From assembly GCF_041146345.1 (NCBI RefSeq), contig NW_027191409.1, forward strand, positions 620,001 to 684,000: 64,000 nucleotides of DNA. Reading direction: 5' to 3'. Numbering within the stretch: the stretch's first letter is position 1; each line of letters begins with the position of its first letter. Shown here one piece after another: positions 11,250 through 25,003 of this stretch. The notes under the pieces are model-generated. The model saw nothing but the letters and a program-made list of their open reading frames with translations, did no database searches and had not been told where the DNA came from. The DNA comes from Neodothiora populina (lineage: Eukaryota). A program made the position numbers and the translations under genes.

Positions 11250-13989
11250 CTATCCCCATGCGTCGCCCCAATCATCGTCGTCATCCGCTTCGGTGTCGAC
11301 TTTCTTAGGCTGCACTGGTTGTGCCTGTGTGCGAGCAGTAGAAAGAGGCTTTGCTTTCCTGGGTGCTATACTCTTTGCCGCCATGCTGCTGGTCGCCCCA
11401 GTTTGTGGAGATGTACGAGCGCTTGATTTGTTACTGGTGAGACCCTTTGGCAATGGCTTCTTTATTTGGGATTTCGCCTTGGCTTGCGCGTCGAGCCAGC
11501 CAGCAAAATCTGGCTCCCCTTGGTCGTCAAACGCAGTAGTACTTGTGCTCGTGGCTGCCGCATGCTTGGGCGTATCGTCAAAGTCGCCCCATACATCTGC
11601 AGCATCCTCATTGTCGTCGTTGTTATTGTCATCACCCCAGTTGCCGGCAAATTCTTCGGCTTCCACTTCTGGCTGATGAACGTTGGAGAGCTGGGACGAG
11701 ACTCTGGGAACGGTAGGCGCAGATTGCAAAGGCACTGGGGTAGGCCTGATGCGACTCGGCAAGGCGCCCTGCGCCGAGGGAGGCACGGATGACGGCCGCT
11801 CCTGTGCTGTGTTGCCAGGCTCGGCATCCTTCTTTTGTATTTCTCCACTTGCGCCTGCGACTTTGTTTGTGAAGGATGAAATGGCCCATCCTGTCCATGA
11901 GTTGTCGTTCTGTGGTGTGCCCATACGGGGTGGCGCATTTGCAGCGGCAACTCCCGGTGGTGGTGCAACACTATCAGGCATGCTCTGACCGTACTTGCGG
12001 ATTCTCTGCAGGAAAACATCTAGAGCCTTGTTGGCTTGATCACGGACGATCCTGAAACGGGTCAGTGGACACTGTCGACAATATAGATGCTCTTCTTACT
12101 TCTCTTTGTCGATCAGCGAAGGGCAAATGGCTGGTAGAAGTCTCCCAGCGCAATCTTCTTCCGTATAGAGCTCTACCGTAGCTGCTAGAGCCATAAGGGA
12201 TGCATTGCGTGCATGCACGAATGGATCTCGTAGAGATCGAGTGAAGGCGGCTGTGAGTACCTTGGTTCGCGACTACACGCATTTAGAAATCGTTTCATGG
12301 ATGGTTGCACAAGACTGGGACTTACATTGACTCCGAGGTTTCTTGCAATCTTGCCAAGACAGATTGTTGTATTCGTCCTGATCCCAGGTTGTTCATCATT
12401 GGCAGTCTTTGCTAGGCATCGTAGCAGCTCGCCATTGATAGTGCGGTCAGACAATTTCCCGATGACAACAAGCACGGCCTTTACGGTCTGCTCTCTAACG
12501 ATGGGCGCCAGATCTGTGAAACCTGTGACCTGTTGACGATGTTAGTCTCGAGCATGCAGATGCGAATGCGAGATAAGGCGATCTACCATTTGCGGGAAGA
12601 TCTTGTCATTGACGATCTTTTGGTTCAGATGATCAATCATCAAAGGTAAGTTATCCAATAGCGACACGCGCATAGCTCTATCGGGACTGTTGAAGAGTCG
12701 TACAATAACAGGCGTGATCTTAGCATCGTATTCGTCCTCCGGGAGCTTCTTGCTGATGCGCATGACTAGTGCAAACACCTTCGGGCCGCCTCCGCCAAAC
12801 TCGACCGATTTGAGAAGCTCTGGTAGGACTTTGACCTGGAAGAACTCTTCGGGGAAATCATCGGAGTCAGCAACACTATCGAGTTCTTGTAAAAGCTCTT
12901 CGCGCTCGGCCTCTGACTTGAGACCCAGGTTATCAATGCCCTCCGTGAGCTGTATCAATGGTGTGTCGAAGAACGCTCCTGATCTCTTGCCTTGTTCGAA
13001 GAAATGGCTAACGCTAAGTCTAGTCTTTGGGTTTGCGTGCGCGAGTCGCTTATAGGAGGCTTGCATGCTGTGTGGTACACCCTTGGTTTGACCGGCCTGG
13101 TCTGCGCCAGAGTAGGTGCCGTTAAAGACTTCGGATACCAGAATGGCATAAGAGTACGCATCGACCGCAGGCAGTGGGTTGCGCTTGATGACGTCCCAAC
13201 CTCCTTTTGCTACCTCAGGAGGGCTATAGCGACCGGAGTCCGGGATAACATTGCCATATGACTAGTCTGTTCAGTAAAGGACTTTGGAGAGGCTGCAGGT
13301 GGACACCAACATATATGATAGCGTCATCTTCCTTCATGGAGCTCAAGACATCTAGTCCTCCTAACTTCCATTCACCGCTCTCGGTCGTGAAAACCGATGT
13401 TGTACGGACGCTTCCATGGACAGAGCTCGCTTCCTCGTTTATGAATTGGAGTGTCCTCTAGTTGGCATTAGTCCCGGTTCACCATATGTGGACAGCAAGC
13501 ATCAATACCGCAATGTTGTGCAAGCCCCATTTGATGCTCTCTTCAGATAATGATTTTCTCTTGGTCTTCCAGCTGAGGGGAGTGATGCGCTCCGTTGCTA
13601 TGTAGATGTAGGCGTCTGTCTACCTTGTCGTTCAATAAGCGAAGGACCATACAAGCCGATTCAAGACGACTACCTCAACAGTATCCAAGACTTTAATTAT
13701 TCCAGGGTGTCTAAGCGTTCTGAATTTCCGCAAGGCGTTCTTTGCCAATGGTAGACAAGATTTGTTCGCATTCACGTCGAAGGAAAAGATGCTGCACTTC
13801 GAACCATCTTCCTGTTTTGGTGTCAGAAAATCAAAGGCACATACCGGGGGGCGACTGTAACATTACCCTTTTGGTGCCATTGTGTAAGGTCCATATTGAC
13901 TGGTCGAGGTCGACCTTGTCGCCGAAAGCGTATCCAAAACTGGGCCCTTTCGATATAGCTGATGCGACAGCTGATTTGAGGAAATCCAT
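11250..13989 (-). CDS. CEX1: SCY1-like pseudokinase with HEAT repeats (Cex1/SCYL1 family)
   Basis: Starts MDFLKSAVASAI. Contains RTLRHPGIIKVLD, GEWKLGG, VLPELLKSVEFGGGG and DEQPGIRTNTTICLGKI, with an acidic DDWGDAW C-terminus. Several GT-AG introns. Confidence 0.9.
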
Positions 13990-15313
13990 GGTAGATCACT
14001 TCATAGATGTTGTCGAGCCGTAGCTACAGTTTACTAGCTTCATACATAAGTGCAGAGGTATCTAAGGTAATGTTACCACGTAAATAGATTGGGCGCCAGG
14101 AGAGGCGGGCAGTTGACGGCAATGTCGTGACGTTTCTTATCGATAAGGTCAGCGACTCCTTCCCAACATGGCTCGTGGGGGTCGCAAGTGCCTATATTTC
14201 ATGGACCGCAATGTGGTAACTGAGGTCTGTGACGGCAGGTCCACAGATCTCACTCTTCGCATGTCACATGCGGCTTAAGTCTATATATCGGGCATATATC
14301 CTGACTGGTCCGGCGTCCTTCGTGACTCTTCGCGGACCTCGGAATTACTTTTAAGGTAAGACTACATGCTCATTCTCATCCACCGAGCCCTTTCTTTTCA
14401 GTCACAACGTTCGTCTATGATGATCTCAAGGTAAAAGGTCAGACCGTCGTTTCGTCTAACATGCACTCCGGGCAATAGCATGGTGCATAGCCTTGCGGTT
14501 ACTTCCAGACGTTCCCTGTCAGCTCTACTACTTCTTACGAAGACTTCATTTCCGAATGCTCCTCATACTATACGTAGATCAGCAGGTAGGCTCTGGAGTA
14601 CATGGAATATCATTCACTTAGTGCTTGCAATGGAATCGTGCAGTCCCTCTCTTCATGGCACGCGATCAACGGCGCCAGCGCACATGTCCATAGCACGCTT
14701 GCAGTCCCTTGTGGACTTGCTAGTGTCCATAGGAATCAGAGCCTGTTGGATTGCAAACCCTCGGCAACTGTGTTGTACTGCTTGTCCATGCATCTTGTCG
14801 AAGCGACGAAATGATGTCTATTGGAATCAAACAGATCTGAGACACTCACCCACATCACAACATTTCTCTTTCCCTTCTTACTGAACCGAGATGCTGACTT
14901 ACATCAGATGCGTCCGAAAAAAACGTCAATCAGGTCTAATGCCCCAGCAGCCCACAAGAGGGATACGATTATGGATCGCTCTAGCCTCTGTGGAACAGGA
15001 GCCGACATGGACGACAAAGGGGCGCCTATCTCTTCAATCACGTGAATTAATATGATTGGTCTGAGACACCCGACTCTGATATCTTTTCGCATTATTGGCC
15101 AGGAATATCTCTGGAATTTTCATCAGTGATGTGCACGCTACTTTGAAGTGAGAACCTTAAGTTTACTCCCTACATAATACCGGTAAATATGTTATGCGTT
15201 GATCTCTTGAGGGCTTCTGCAAACCTCCTTGATCCATGATGCAATGAAAGAGATCCCGACCCCAATAGTCCATCGAGTCGTGTAGTCGGGGTTTCGTTCG
15301 GCTGCGATCTAAC

Positions 15314-16519
15314 TCATTCATCCTCATTCTCATCAAAGTGTTCGGTTTCATCAAGGGCTACCAAGACCTCCTCAACCTCGCGTGGTGATGCAATCCCCCA
15401 TACTCCCCCGCCCTTGACAGCGCCCTTCATCCCTACTTCCTTTCCTACCAAGTTACGACCAACCTTACCGGGCCCTATCCCCACCCACCTTCTTACTTTC
15501 TCCTGTCGGTGCAGATATAGTATACTCTCATGCCATTGCACCGTTTCCGCGCACTGGCGTGCTAGGAGGTCCTCGACCTCATGTTTGCTCGCGAATGGTC
15601 GAGCTGTGACATTGCTGACGCAGGGCACGATGCCAGGGAATGTAACAATATCCTTTCCTGACTTTGAGGGCATAGAGAGTAATCTCCTCATCACCCCAGT
15701 AGCAGGCTTCATAAGGGGACTATGAAACGGGCTGTCCGCTTTTAGTCGCACAGTCCTTGGGTTATGACCATCGAATTGTGAGATGTGAGTCAGCAGAGTC
15801 TTGATGCGCTCTATGCTTCCGCTCAAGACGATCTGGTTCTTGCTGTTGACGTTGGCGATCGATACCTGCTGCACAGAAGGTAGATCATAGTCCTTGCTCG
15901 AGTCGGCTTTGGAACCTGACGAAGACACATCTAGGAACTCGTAGATGGCGTTGACCATTCCCTCTCGCTGCTCTGGCTCGCAGACTAAAGCGACCATGCC
16001 GACCTCGCCACCAAATTCAGCGCGAGCTTCCTGACTACACTGTGCCATAGACTCTGCACGACGCCGTGCAAGCCGCAGTGCATCATCTTCCTGAATGTAT
16101 TGCCCGGCCACGAGCGCAGCAAATTCTCCTAGGGAATGGCCGAGAGTGATATCGACCCTGTCTGCAGTCTCAAAGTCGAACTCCCGCTCCAAGACTCGTA
16201 GAATCATGATTGAAGTACATAATATAGCCGGCTGCGCATTTTCGGTGGCAGTCAGACTTGAGTTTGGCCCCTCGGCAATGATTCGAGTGAGAGGCATCTT
16301 AAGCGTGTCGTCTATCTGCTCCAGGATAGGCTTCACTGTCCTAGGAAACGCCTCGAGCCACTCAGTTGTCATACCGACTCTCTGTGTACCTTGTCCAGGA
16401 AAGAATAAAGCTGTTTTAGGCCGGGACCTCGTAGCTGTAGTGTAGCGACGCAATGCATTCTTCCATTGGTTAGATGCTGGCCGTAACATGATCGGTAGTT
16501 CTGCTTTGAGACAGTTCAT
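15314..16519 (-). CDS. MCT1: Mitochondrial malonyl-CoA:ACP transacylase (FabD)
   Basis: FFPGQGTQ, AQPAI, catalytic GHSLGE, ANVNS..QIVLSG and PFHSPLM motifs; intronless. Confidence 0.93.
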   Translation of the reverse strand: MNCLKAELPIMLRPASNQWKNALRRYTTATRSRPKTALFFPGQGTQRVGMTTEWLEAFPRTVKPILEQIDDTLKMPLTRIIAEGPNSSLTATENAQPAILCTSIMILRVLEREFDFETADRVDITLGHSLGEFAALVAGQYIQEDDALRLARRRAESMAQCSQEARAEFGGEVGMVALVCEPEQREGMVNAIYEFLDVSSSGSKADSSKDYDLPSVQQVSIANVNSKNQIVLSGSIERIKTLLTHISQFDGHNPRTVRLKADSPFHSPLMKPATGVMRRLLSMPSKSGKDIVTFPGIVPCVSNVTARPFASKHEVEDLLARQCAETVQWHESILYLHRQEKVRRWVGIGPGKVGRNLVGKEVGMKGAVKGGGVWGIASPREVEEVLVALDETEHFDENEDE

Positions 16520-17179
16520 TGTAGTGTTTGAAGCTTCAGACTCTTATGTCCATCCGTCCATTCGATACATATTCAAGCAGAGACCAAGCACCTCAACTTC
16601 ATTGCGTTTTCAACATGCATATCCTGCAGGTTCCATGTCCATATCGTGATGTTAGCAGATCATTGATACAATAATGAAGTGCCTCAATCCTACTACAGCT
16701 CCACATGTCGTGAGGTCGTTTCCCCACACGTGGTCGACGACATTGCCAGGAATTGCCGAGGCCACGGGCCATGGCCTTACGGCAAGTATAAGGTATTCCT
16801 ACCTTACCTGTAGAGCTGACTGCCACCGCCCTTCGAATTCTCCTTACTCTATTATGCACCTGTATCACTGTACTGCATGTACTACATCTTTAACAACAGA
16901 GCAAACTTACAGACACGGGTATCGGCATAAGTCAAAGTCGAGGTATACTTCGGTCTTATAACTTACAACGCGAAGGCCCCCGACGGCCTTGTAGCTTATC
17001 ATGGACGTCGTGGGCGGCCGGCCAGCTTCATAGCTGCAACCACGGAGCTCGCCGATAGCCTTCTGGACCTGACCTCCGCCTACACATGTGGTATAATAGC
17101 ATTAAAGTAAACGAGGAGCCCTCCTGGTATGCAATCGTATTGCTGATCGCTCTTTACAATTCTCAATTGAATCTACAAA

Positions 17180-18966
17180 ATGCTGTACCTACACGCTACC
17201 ATCATTACCGTGAGCCGAGCTCGTGAAATCATCGAGGATGGAGCTATCCTCGTACGCGGGTCAACTATAGCTGCCATTGGCAAGTCGAGTAGTCTAGTGC
17301 ACGAGTATGCAGAGGAAGAGCGTTACGACCTCGAAGGTCGCATCGTTATCCCTGGGCTCATCAACACCCACATGCACACAGCCCAGACTCTGTTGAGAGG
17401 TAAGTAACAACGAAGAGGGAAGTTGTTTCGCGATCTTATCACCAAAGACTGTTCTGTGTCTTTTCTATTCTCAAGACCTCTGGTCATCTATGTTCAGTGG
17501 CGTGAAACCATTGATTTGTGTGTTAGGTACCGCTGATGATCTGGAGCTGGTTTCCTGGCTGTGTGATCGCATCTGGGTGCTGCAGGGTAATTTCACCGCC
17601 CAAGATGGGTATGCAGCTGCCAGGTTGAGCATAGCGGAGATGCTCAAGTCAGGCACGACTTGCTTTCTTGAAAGCATGGTAAGTGATGTATGAAAAGGGC
17701 AGTCCACGAGCGTAGCTAATGTATTCAGTTTGCGGATCGCTACGGCTTCGACGGTCTCTGCAAAGCTGTCGATGAGAGCGGCATCAGAGGATGCCTTGGA
17801 AAGATCGGTAGGGTCAATTTCAAGGGATTTTGATACACGAGCATAAGCTAAGATTCCTACCAGTCATGGACATTGCAACGTACGCCAATGATCCGGCATG
17901 GGCGATGCATCCAGGATTGATCGAGAACCGCGAGATCTCCCTTCTCGGTGCTGTCAAGATGCACGAGAAGTGGAATGGCAAAGCTGACGACCGCATCCGA
18001 GTCTGGTTTGGGGCCAGGACACCAGGCGGGTGAGTAAATGTGCAACAACAGCCTTGTTCCTGGCACATCTAAGAGGGGTCGTTTAGTGTCTCTGATGCAC
18101 TCTATCGGGAAATGTCTGCTTTGTCAAAGGACAAGAACATTCCAATCACCATGCACTGTGCAGAAGTCAAGGTACATTTGTGCTCCTGTCCTTTCCACGT
18201 CCCAATTAACTCTTTTTCTCAAAGGCTGACAGGACGTTTTTTGCCTCTGTCAATCATACACCAATGTCCTACTGCTCATCAGTCGATCTCCTTGGGCCCA
18301 AAACCGTGCTCGTGCACATGACACAGCTCGACAACTCCGACATACAGACACTGGCCGAGACCGGCACGCATGTCGTGCATTGTCCCAGCAGCAATTGCAA
18401 ACTCGCCTCTGGCATCTGTAGGGTACCCGATCTACTCAAGTCCAATGTCTCCGTTTCCCTAGGCACCGACGGAGCTCCGTGCAACAACACCTGCGACATG
18501 ATGCAGGAGATGCGCCTCGCGGGCATCTTGCACAAGGTCGGTCCTCTTCCTTTCATCTCGGCGCAATAGCAACAACTAACCATTCCACCAGGTCACACAA
18601 ATGAATCCCACCGCAGTGCCCGCCGAGACAGTGCTAGAAATGGCCACGATCAACGGCGCCAAAGCGCTCGGTCTGGCGGACTCGATTGGCAGTCTCGAAG
18701 TCGGCAAAAAGGCAGACTTTGCAGTGATTGACTTCAGAGCGGTTCATCTGCAGCCGTGGCACAGCGCCGTGAGTGCTGTCGTGTACAGTGCGACGGGCAG
18801 AGACGTCGAGATGGTTGTCGTGAACGGCAAGGTCGTCGTCGAGGGCGGGAAGCTCGTCACCATGGATGAGACTGATATTTGTAAGGAGGCTGCCGGCAGA
18901 GCCAAAGATGTCGTTGCGCGTGCTGGGCTCACCGAGCAGGTCAAGGCTCGGTGGCCGACTATCTGA
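17180..18966 (+). CDS. Metal-dependent amidohydrolase, MtaD/SsnA/AtzA-type (probable nucleoside or purine deaminase)
   Basis: [42 protein letters not shown] and [11 protein letters not shown] motifs. Introns at 17400-17526, 17679-17728, 17808-17863, 18030-18086, 18172-18224 and 18537-18591. Substrate cannot be determined from sequence. Confidence 0.9.
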
Positions 18967-19332
18967 TGAGCTGCAGGGTTGTTTTAGTGTTTCCTTATGT
19001 AGAGGTGGATTGGTTGGACAAATTGAGGTTAAGAGGATATTCTAGCTGCTTTGACATACCATGTGCCCATATGCATTATTGTTCATAAATGCAATTCACA
19101 TTCAGAGATGTCCACCCAGCTGTTGAGCTCCACAGTATGTGTACAGCTTGGATGTAGCCTATAACACAGATCACGAACAGGAGACAATGAACATAAGTAG
19201 TTTCGACTTGGGATATCATTATCATTCAATTTATTTACGAATCACATAGCTGAAAGCCCCTCCTGATCCATACATCCTTTTTGTGTCGGTCAAGAGAGGC
19301 GAGCAGCTGTAAGCGACGCAAGCGCGCAACGC

Positions 19333-21018
<1,686 letters not shown>

Positions 21019-21626
21019 GTTGGTGGATTGATAGAGCAACAATTGACTAGAGATCTAAAGTGAAGGAGGGATGGGGTGTCTCGAGTGGAGGTGAAGAGGG
21101 TGGCAGTGGTTGAGGAAGCAGCACTGAAGCATCTTAAGAAAAAGCATCCACAGTGCGCGCGGACCCTTGGAGTTCCCTCCCGATACAGGAGTGAGTTGTT
21201 ATAGCGTGTGCCGTTGCAAGCATGTGTTTCCAGACCCGCTCTCGACCGCTGTAGACTGTCGCCCCCACTACCACTTTGAATTGCCTGATAGACTTATAAG
21301 CTACGGCCGATTTCGGCTCGACCCCGCCTTCTACCAAAGTCGCCCACTTCCACGGAAAGTGGCGTGGGCGGTGGAACATATGCACGATAAGAGACACGGC
21401 GCTGGACGCCGATAGGCATTGTCACTAAGTATGACCGCTGAATTCATATAAGAGTTTCATATTGCCAAGAATGCCACTGTTGGAAGTGCATACCTGGCAA
21501 ACCTTCTATGTACAGGCCTCTTCGAAAACCGTAAAGTGGTCGGGCAATACACTCGCCAGGATTGCCTTTTGGAACCTAGTGATGTTGATGGTAAAGCTTA
21601 TGACATGCATCGTTTGGTCATACAAC

Positions 21627-22879
21627 CTAGGGCGCGTCGACAGGATCCCAGTCTGGATTCGTCAGTTACGGAAGCTTATCATTGGAGGGGACGGGAGGTC
21701 CGAACATACCTGTCACAAGATATTCGTCCAGTCCATCTAGGGTCTTCATGTCACTCTCCTCGATGGTGATTCGAGAAATGTCAGCATTCTCCGCAATGCG
21801 CTCCTTCTTCGTAGACTTGGGCAGCGGAACAAAACCATGCTGGCAGTTCCATGTCACCATGAGCTGCGCAGGAGTACATTGATATTTCCGGCTCAGGTCG
21901 ACAATTACGGGATGCTTCATCCTTAAAGCCCGAGCTAGTGGGGCATATGACTCGACCATGATCCCGTTCTGCTGGCAAAAAGAGGTGATCTCGGTTCGCG
22001 TGTTGAATGGGTGTACCTAGCGCGAATCAGTGAAACGCAATCAAATAATTGAATGCTGCCATAGTTGTACTTACTTCAATCTGGTTGACTGCAGGCAAGA
22101 GGCGTGGCTTGGACTCCAAGAGCTCCTTCAGATGCTTGACGCCATAGTTGCTCACCCTATCGATAGTTAAGCAGGACACCTTCACCTTTTCAAGCAATGG
22201 TCTCCAACATACCCGCCAATCTTGACCTCTCCTGCTTCAACGGCGTCTTCTACAGCTCGCCAACTTTCGAGTCTGGCTCGTTTGCCTCCATAGGGCGAAT
22301 GCAGTAAGAAAAGATCTATGTATCCAAGACCGCATTCTCTGACGCTTTTCTTGATGCTCTTGCGCGCCGTCTCATAATCAGAGTTACTGGCAAGCTTGTA
22401 TATCGGGTGAGCTGAGTAGAAATCATATGTGCGCAGTGATCTTATACCTTGGATGTGTAGTGAATGTCCTCTCGTGAAAGCTTTGACGTGTTCTTTGGAG
22501 ACTTGAGAAAGTCGGTGATGGCGTTTCCTGTATCGCGCTCATTGTGATACATCTGCGCCGAATCAAATCCTCGATAGCCACTGTCAACGAAGATTAGCCA
22601 ATACAGCATCGCTTCGAACGTCTATGATCTAGCTTGCCTTTCGAGGGCCCATTGAACCGCCTTGTATGTTTCGTTTCCAGATGTCAGATACACGCCTAGA
22701 TGGATACCGCTACCAGGAACAATTAGTCAGTCTTCGACCGTCTTCGCCAATTACCAGTACGCACGGCATGGTCAAGCCATTGTTCAGCTGTCGGGTCTGG
22801 TCAGCAGTCTACCAATCCTACGACTTCTTCAATGACTTGCCTTGACTATAGTAGCCAGGGAATAGGTCTTTTGAGACAT
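21627..22879 (-). CDS. Aldo-keto reductase (AKR5/YJR096W-like), 8 exons
   Basis: Spliced protein contains [60 protein letters not shown] and ends TDWDPVDAP*. Introns at 22788-22840, 22710-22764, 22581-22637, 22395-22447, 22157-22212, 22017-22074 and 21653-21709. Confidence 0.92.
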
Positions 22880-23708
22880 TACGTTATATCTGCAGTAATC
22901 AGTGAGGCAGGTTACTCCTTAGATGCTGTCGAGGTAGCTTGGGTCCGCAATGGATGTGTCCTACCTGTCAAAGTCACAGTAGTGTAAAATATACAGAGCA
23001 CTCGAGCAGAATGCAAGCTGCATCTATCGCAATGATAAGTACTTCGGTACTCGGTCAGATGTGATATGGTAAAAATACGACTGTATGACGTGCCTATCTA
23101 CTCGGGACAATTTATCATTATGGACACTGGATTACCTCACATGTAGATCCTGTCTCTCTTGTGCAAAGGAACCACACCGGACCAGTCTGCTCACACTTGT
23201 GTTTGTAAATTGCTTTCTACGTGGAAGCAAACATTTCCTAGTGTCAGTGATAAGTTAAAGCAACCCCGAGACGATAACAGTCCTCTACATGCAGTGCCCG
23301 CCCAGGTTTGCCCTGCAATTGAGGTAAGTTACAGTACTGTCGGTTGAGATGGTACCAGGGTCCAAGGTTTACCAGCCATCTCATCATCGACTTCTTCCTT
23401 CGATCAATCAAGAGCTCATCTGCTCGGTTTTACTTGTATACGACACGATGCATACTCTGTCACATACATCTTGGCCTTATGGAGACTTGATTCCCCATCG
23501 CGTGCCCTGAAGCCTCCAAAGATTGGTTTGGTGCATAATTATACGCGAGAGGACTCATCGCTTAGGACAAAGAGCTTGGGGTTTGCCGTTCCTTTCGCTG
23601 CGTATGGTACATGCAGTATAGCGCCAGTCCTTGCCATTGACACTCCAAATTATGCGAGGTACCCCCTAGGCTTTATTCCGTCCGTCTGTTTGTCAGACAA
23701 TAAGCACC

Positions 23709-24512
23709 ATGTCATACGCCAACAGTGGCGCGTACCCTCAAGCGTCCAGCTCACACTTCCAGCAAGCTCCCAACCCGTCCCGAGCACCTCGCCCTTCCAT
23801 ATCCTCTGACTTCGACATTCTTGAGTGGTATCCTGCATACGAATCGTGTCAACGGTATTTTCTCGATCATGCCCAGCACGAGCCGGGAACGCAGGCTCTG
23901 TGCGCGTTGGTCAACATCCGCTTGCCATTTCAATGGACCGTAAATCCTGTGCACTCATCGGCGCCCGGTTCGCAACCTAGCAATCTATCATATTCGTCCT
24001 ATAATGCAGGCCAATGGCCGCGTCCGACTCCGTCGCCTTCAACACGTGGTCCTCCCAGCGCTACTCAGCCAACACCCGCATTTGTCTCTCTGGTACCATA
24101 TATCCGCCGTCTCGTTGTCACCGGCTTCGACAAGCCCGGTATACTCCATGGCTTCTTCGGCGATGCATATCAAGCCGGTGTTGTTGCTTTGCAGGACTGC
24201 GAACGGCGGAACTACCTCTTCGCTGCGAAACATGGTGGTTGGAGATCATGCAAAAGACAATATGACATGGATGCCGAACAGACTGTGCCATTCCTCAAGC
24301 CACTCCAGCAAGTACGGGCGGAGGAGCTTGACGCTGCAGAGGAGAGCTGGAGCTCATGGCTAGCTATGGAGGACTGGGAAATCGGGCCCCGAGATCCTCT
24401 TACCAACGAAAGGAGAGCCGAAGGTGCTGCCAGAGGTGCAGGTGGCAGGTCAGCAGCGGGGTCTGCATGGGCCTCGAATACTTTTGATTCACATCTACCT
24501 GATAGCTATTAG
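23709..24512 (+). CDS. Conserved fungal hypothetical protein
   Basis: 267-aa intronless ORF with globular-looking blocks (FDILEWYP...QRYFLDHAQH; SLVPYIRRLVVTGFD; ERRNYLFAAK.GGW). It resembles a widespread Pezizomycotina family of unknown function. Confidence 0.8.
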   Translation: MSYANSGAYPQASSSHFQQAPNPSRAPRPSISSDFDILEWYPAYESCQRYFLDHAQHEPGTQALCALVNIRLPFQWTVNPVHSSAPGSQPSNLSYSSYNAGQWPRPTPSPSTRGPPSATQPTPAFVSLVPYIRRLVVTGFDKPGILHGFFGDAYQAGVVALQDCERRNYLFAAKHGGWRSCKRQYDMDAEQTVPFLKPLQQVRAEELDAAEESWSSWLAMEDWEIGPRDPLTNERRAEGAARGAGGRSAAGSAWASNTFDSHLPDSY

Positions 24513-25003
24513 TACTTGCATTAGCATTCACGTTCAGGACTACTTTTGGAGGATTTCACTACGATTTTTCACGATACAATTGAACAAAATTTGCTTCTTC
24601 TCGCAACCACTTCCGTGAACAAACGTGGCTGATACTCCCTATTACAAGCTGTCCATCTCTCTCTGACTTGACTCTGAACATTGCTGGACATTGTATTCGA
24701 GTCCTTAAGGTAAATGTGTACCTTACTTTGATGTCTAGCGATCTTGCCAAGACCGATCCTCTACGCGTAACTTCTCTTCGTATCCGCCAAGCACGCTTAC
24801 CTACCATCAGATATCTAAGCATCTAGTCAATCACTCCCAGAGTGTTTGCATATATATATATCCGATTCCCCAAGACACCAACGTCGTCAAACATCTCGAT
24901 ACAGTCTTGCTGTCACATACTGAAGTGCCGTACCTCAGGTCGTAGTCAGACTTTTCGCGCTATGCACTGAAGCGATCGCCGTAGTCGCTATTTCACTGTC
25001 ATT

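Noticed and set aside
14417..14897. Box C/D snoRNA candidates (ATGATGA at 14417; ATGATGT...CTGA from 14811)
   Set aside because: Box spacing and terminal stems are unconvincing, and I recognised no rRNA guide sequence.
15314..16519. Acyltransferase as part of a polyketide cluster
   Set aside because: It is a stand-alone mitochondrial FabD with a presequence. No KS, ACP or NRPS genes are in the window.
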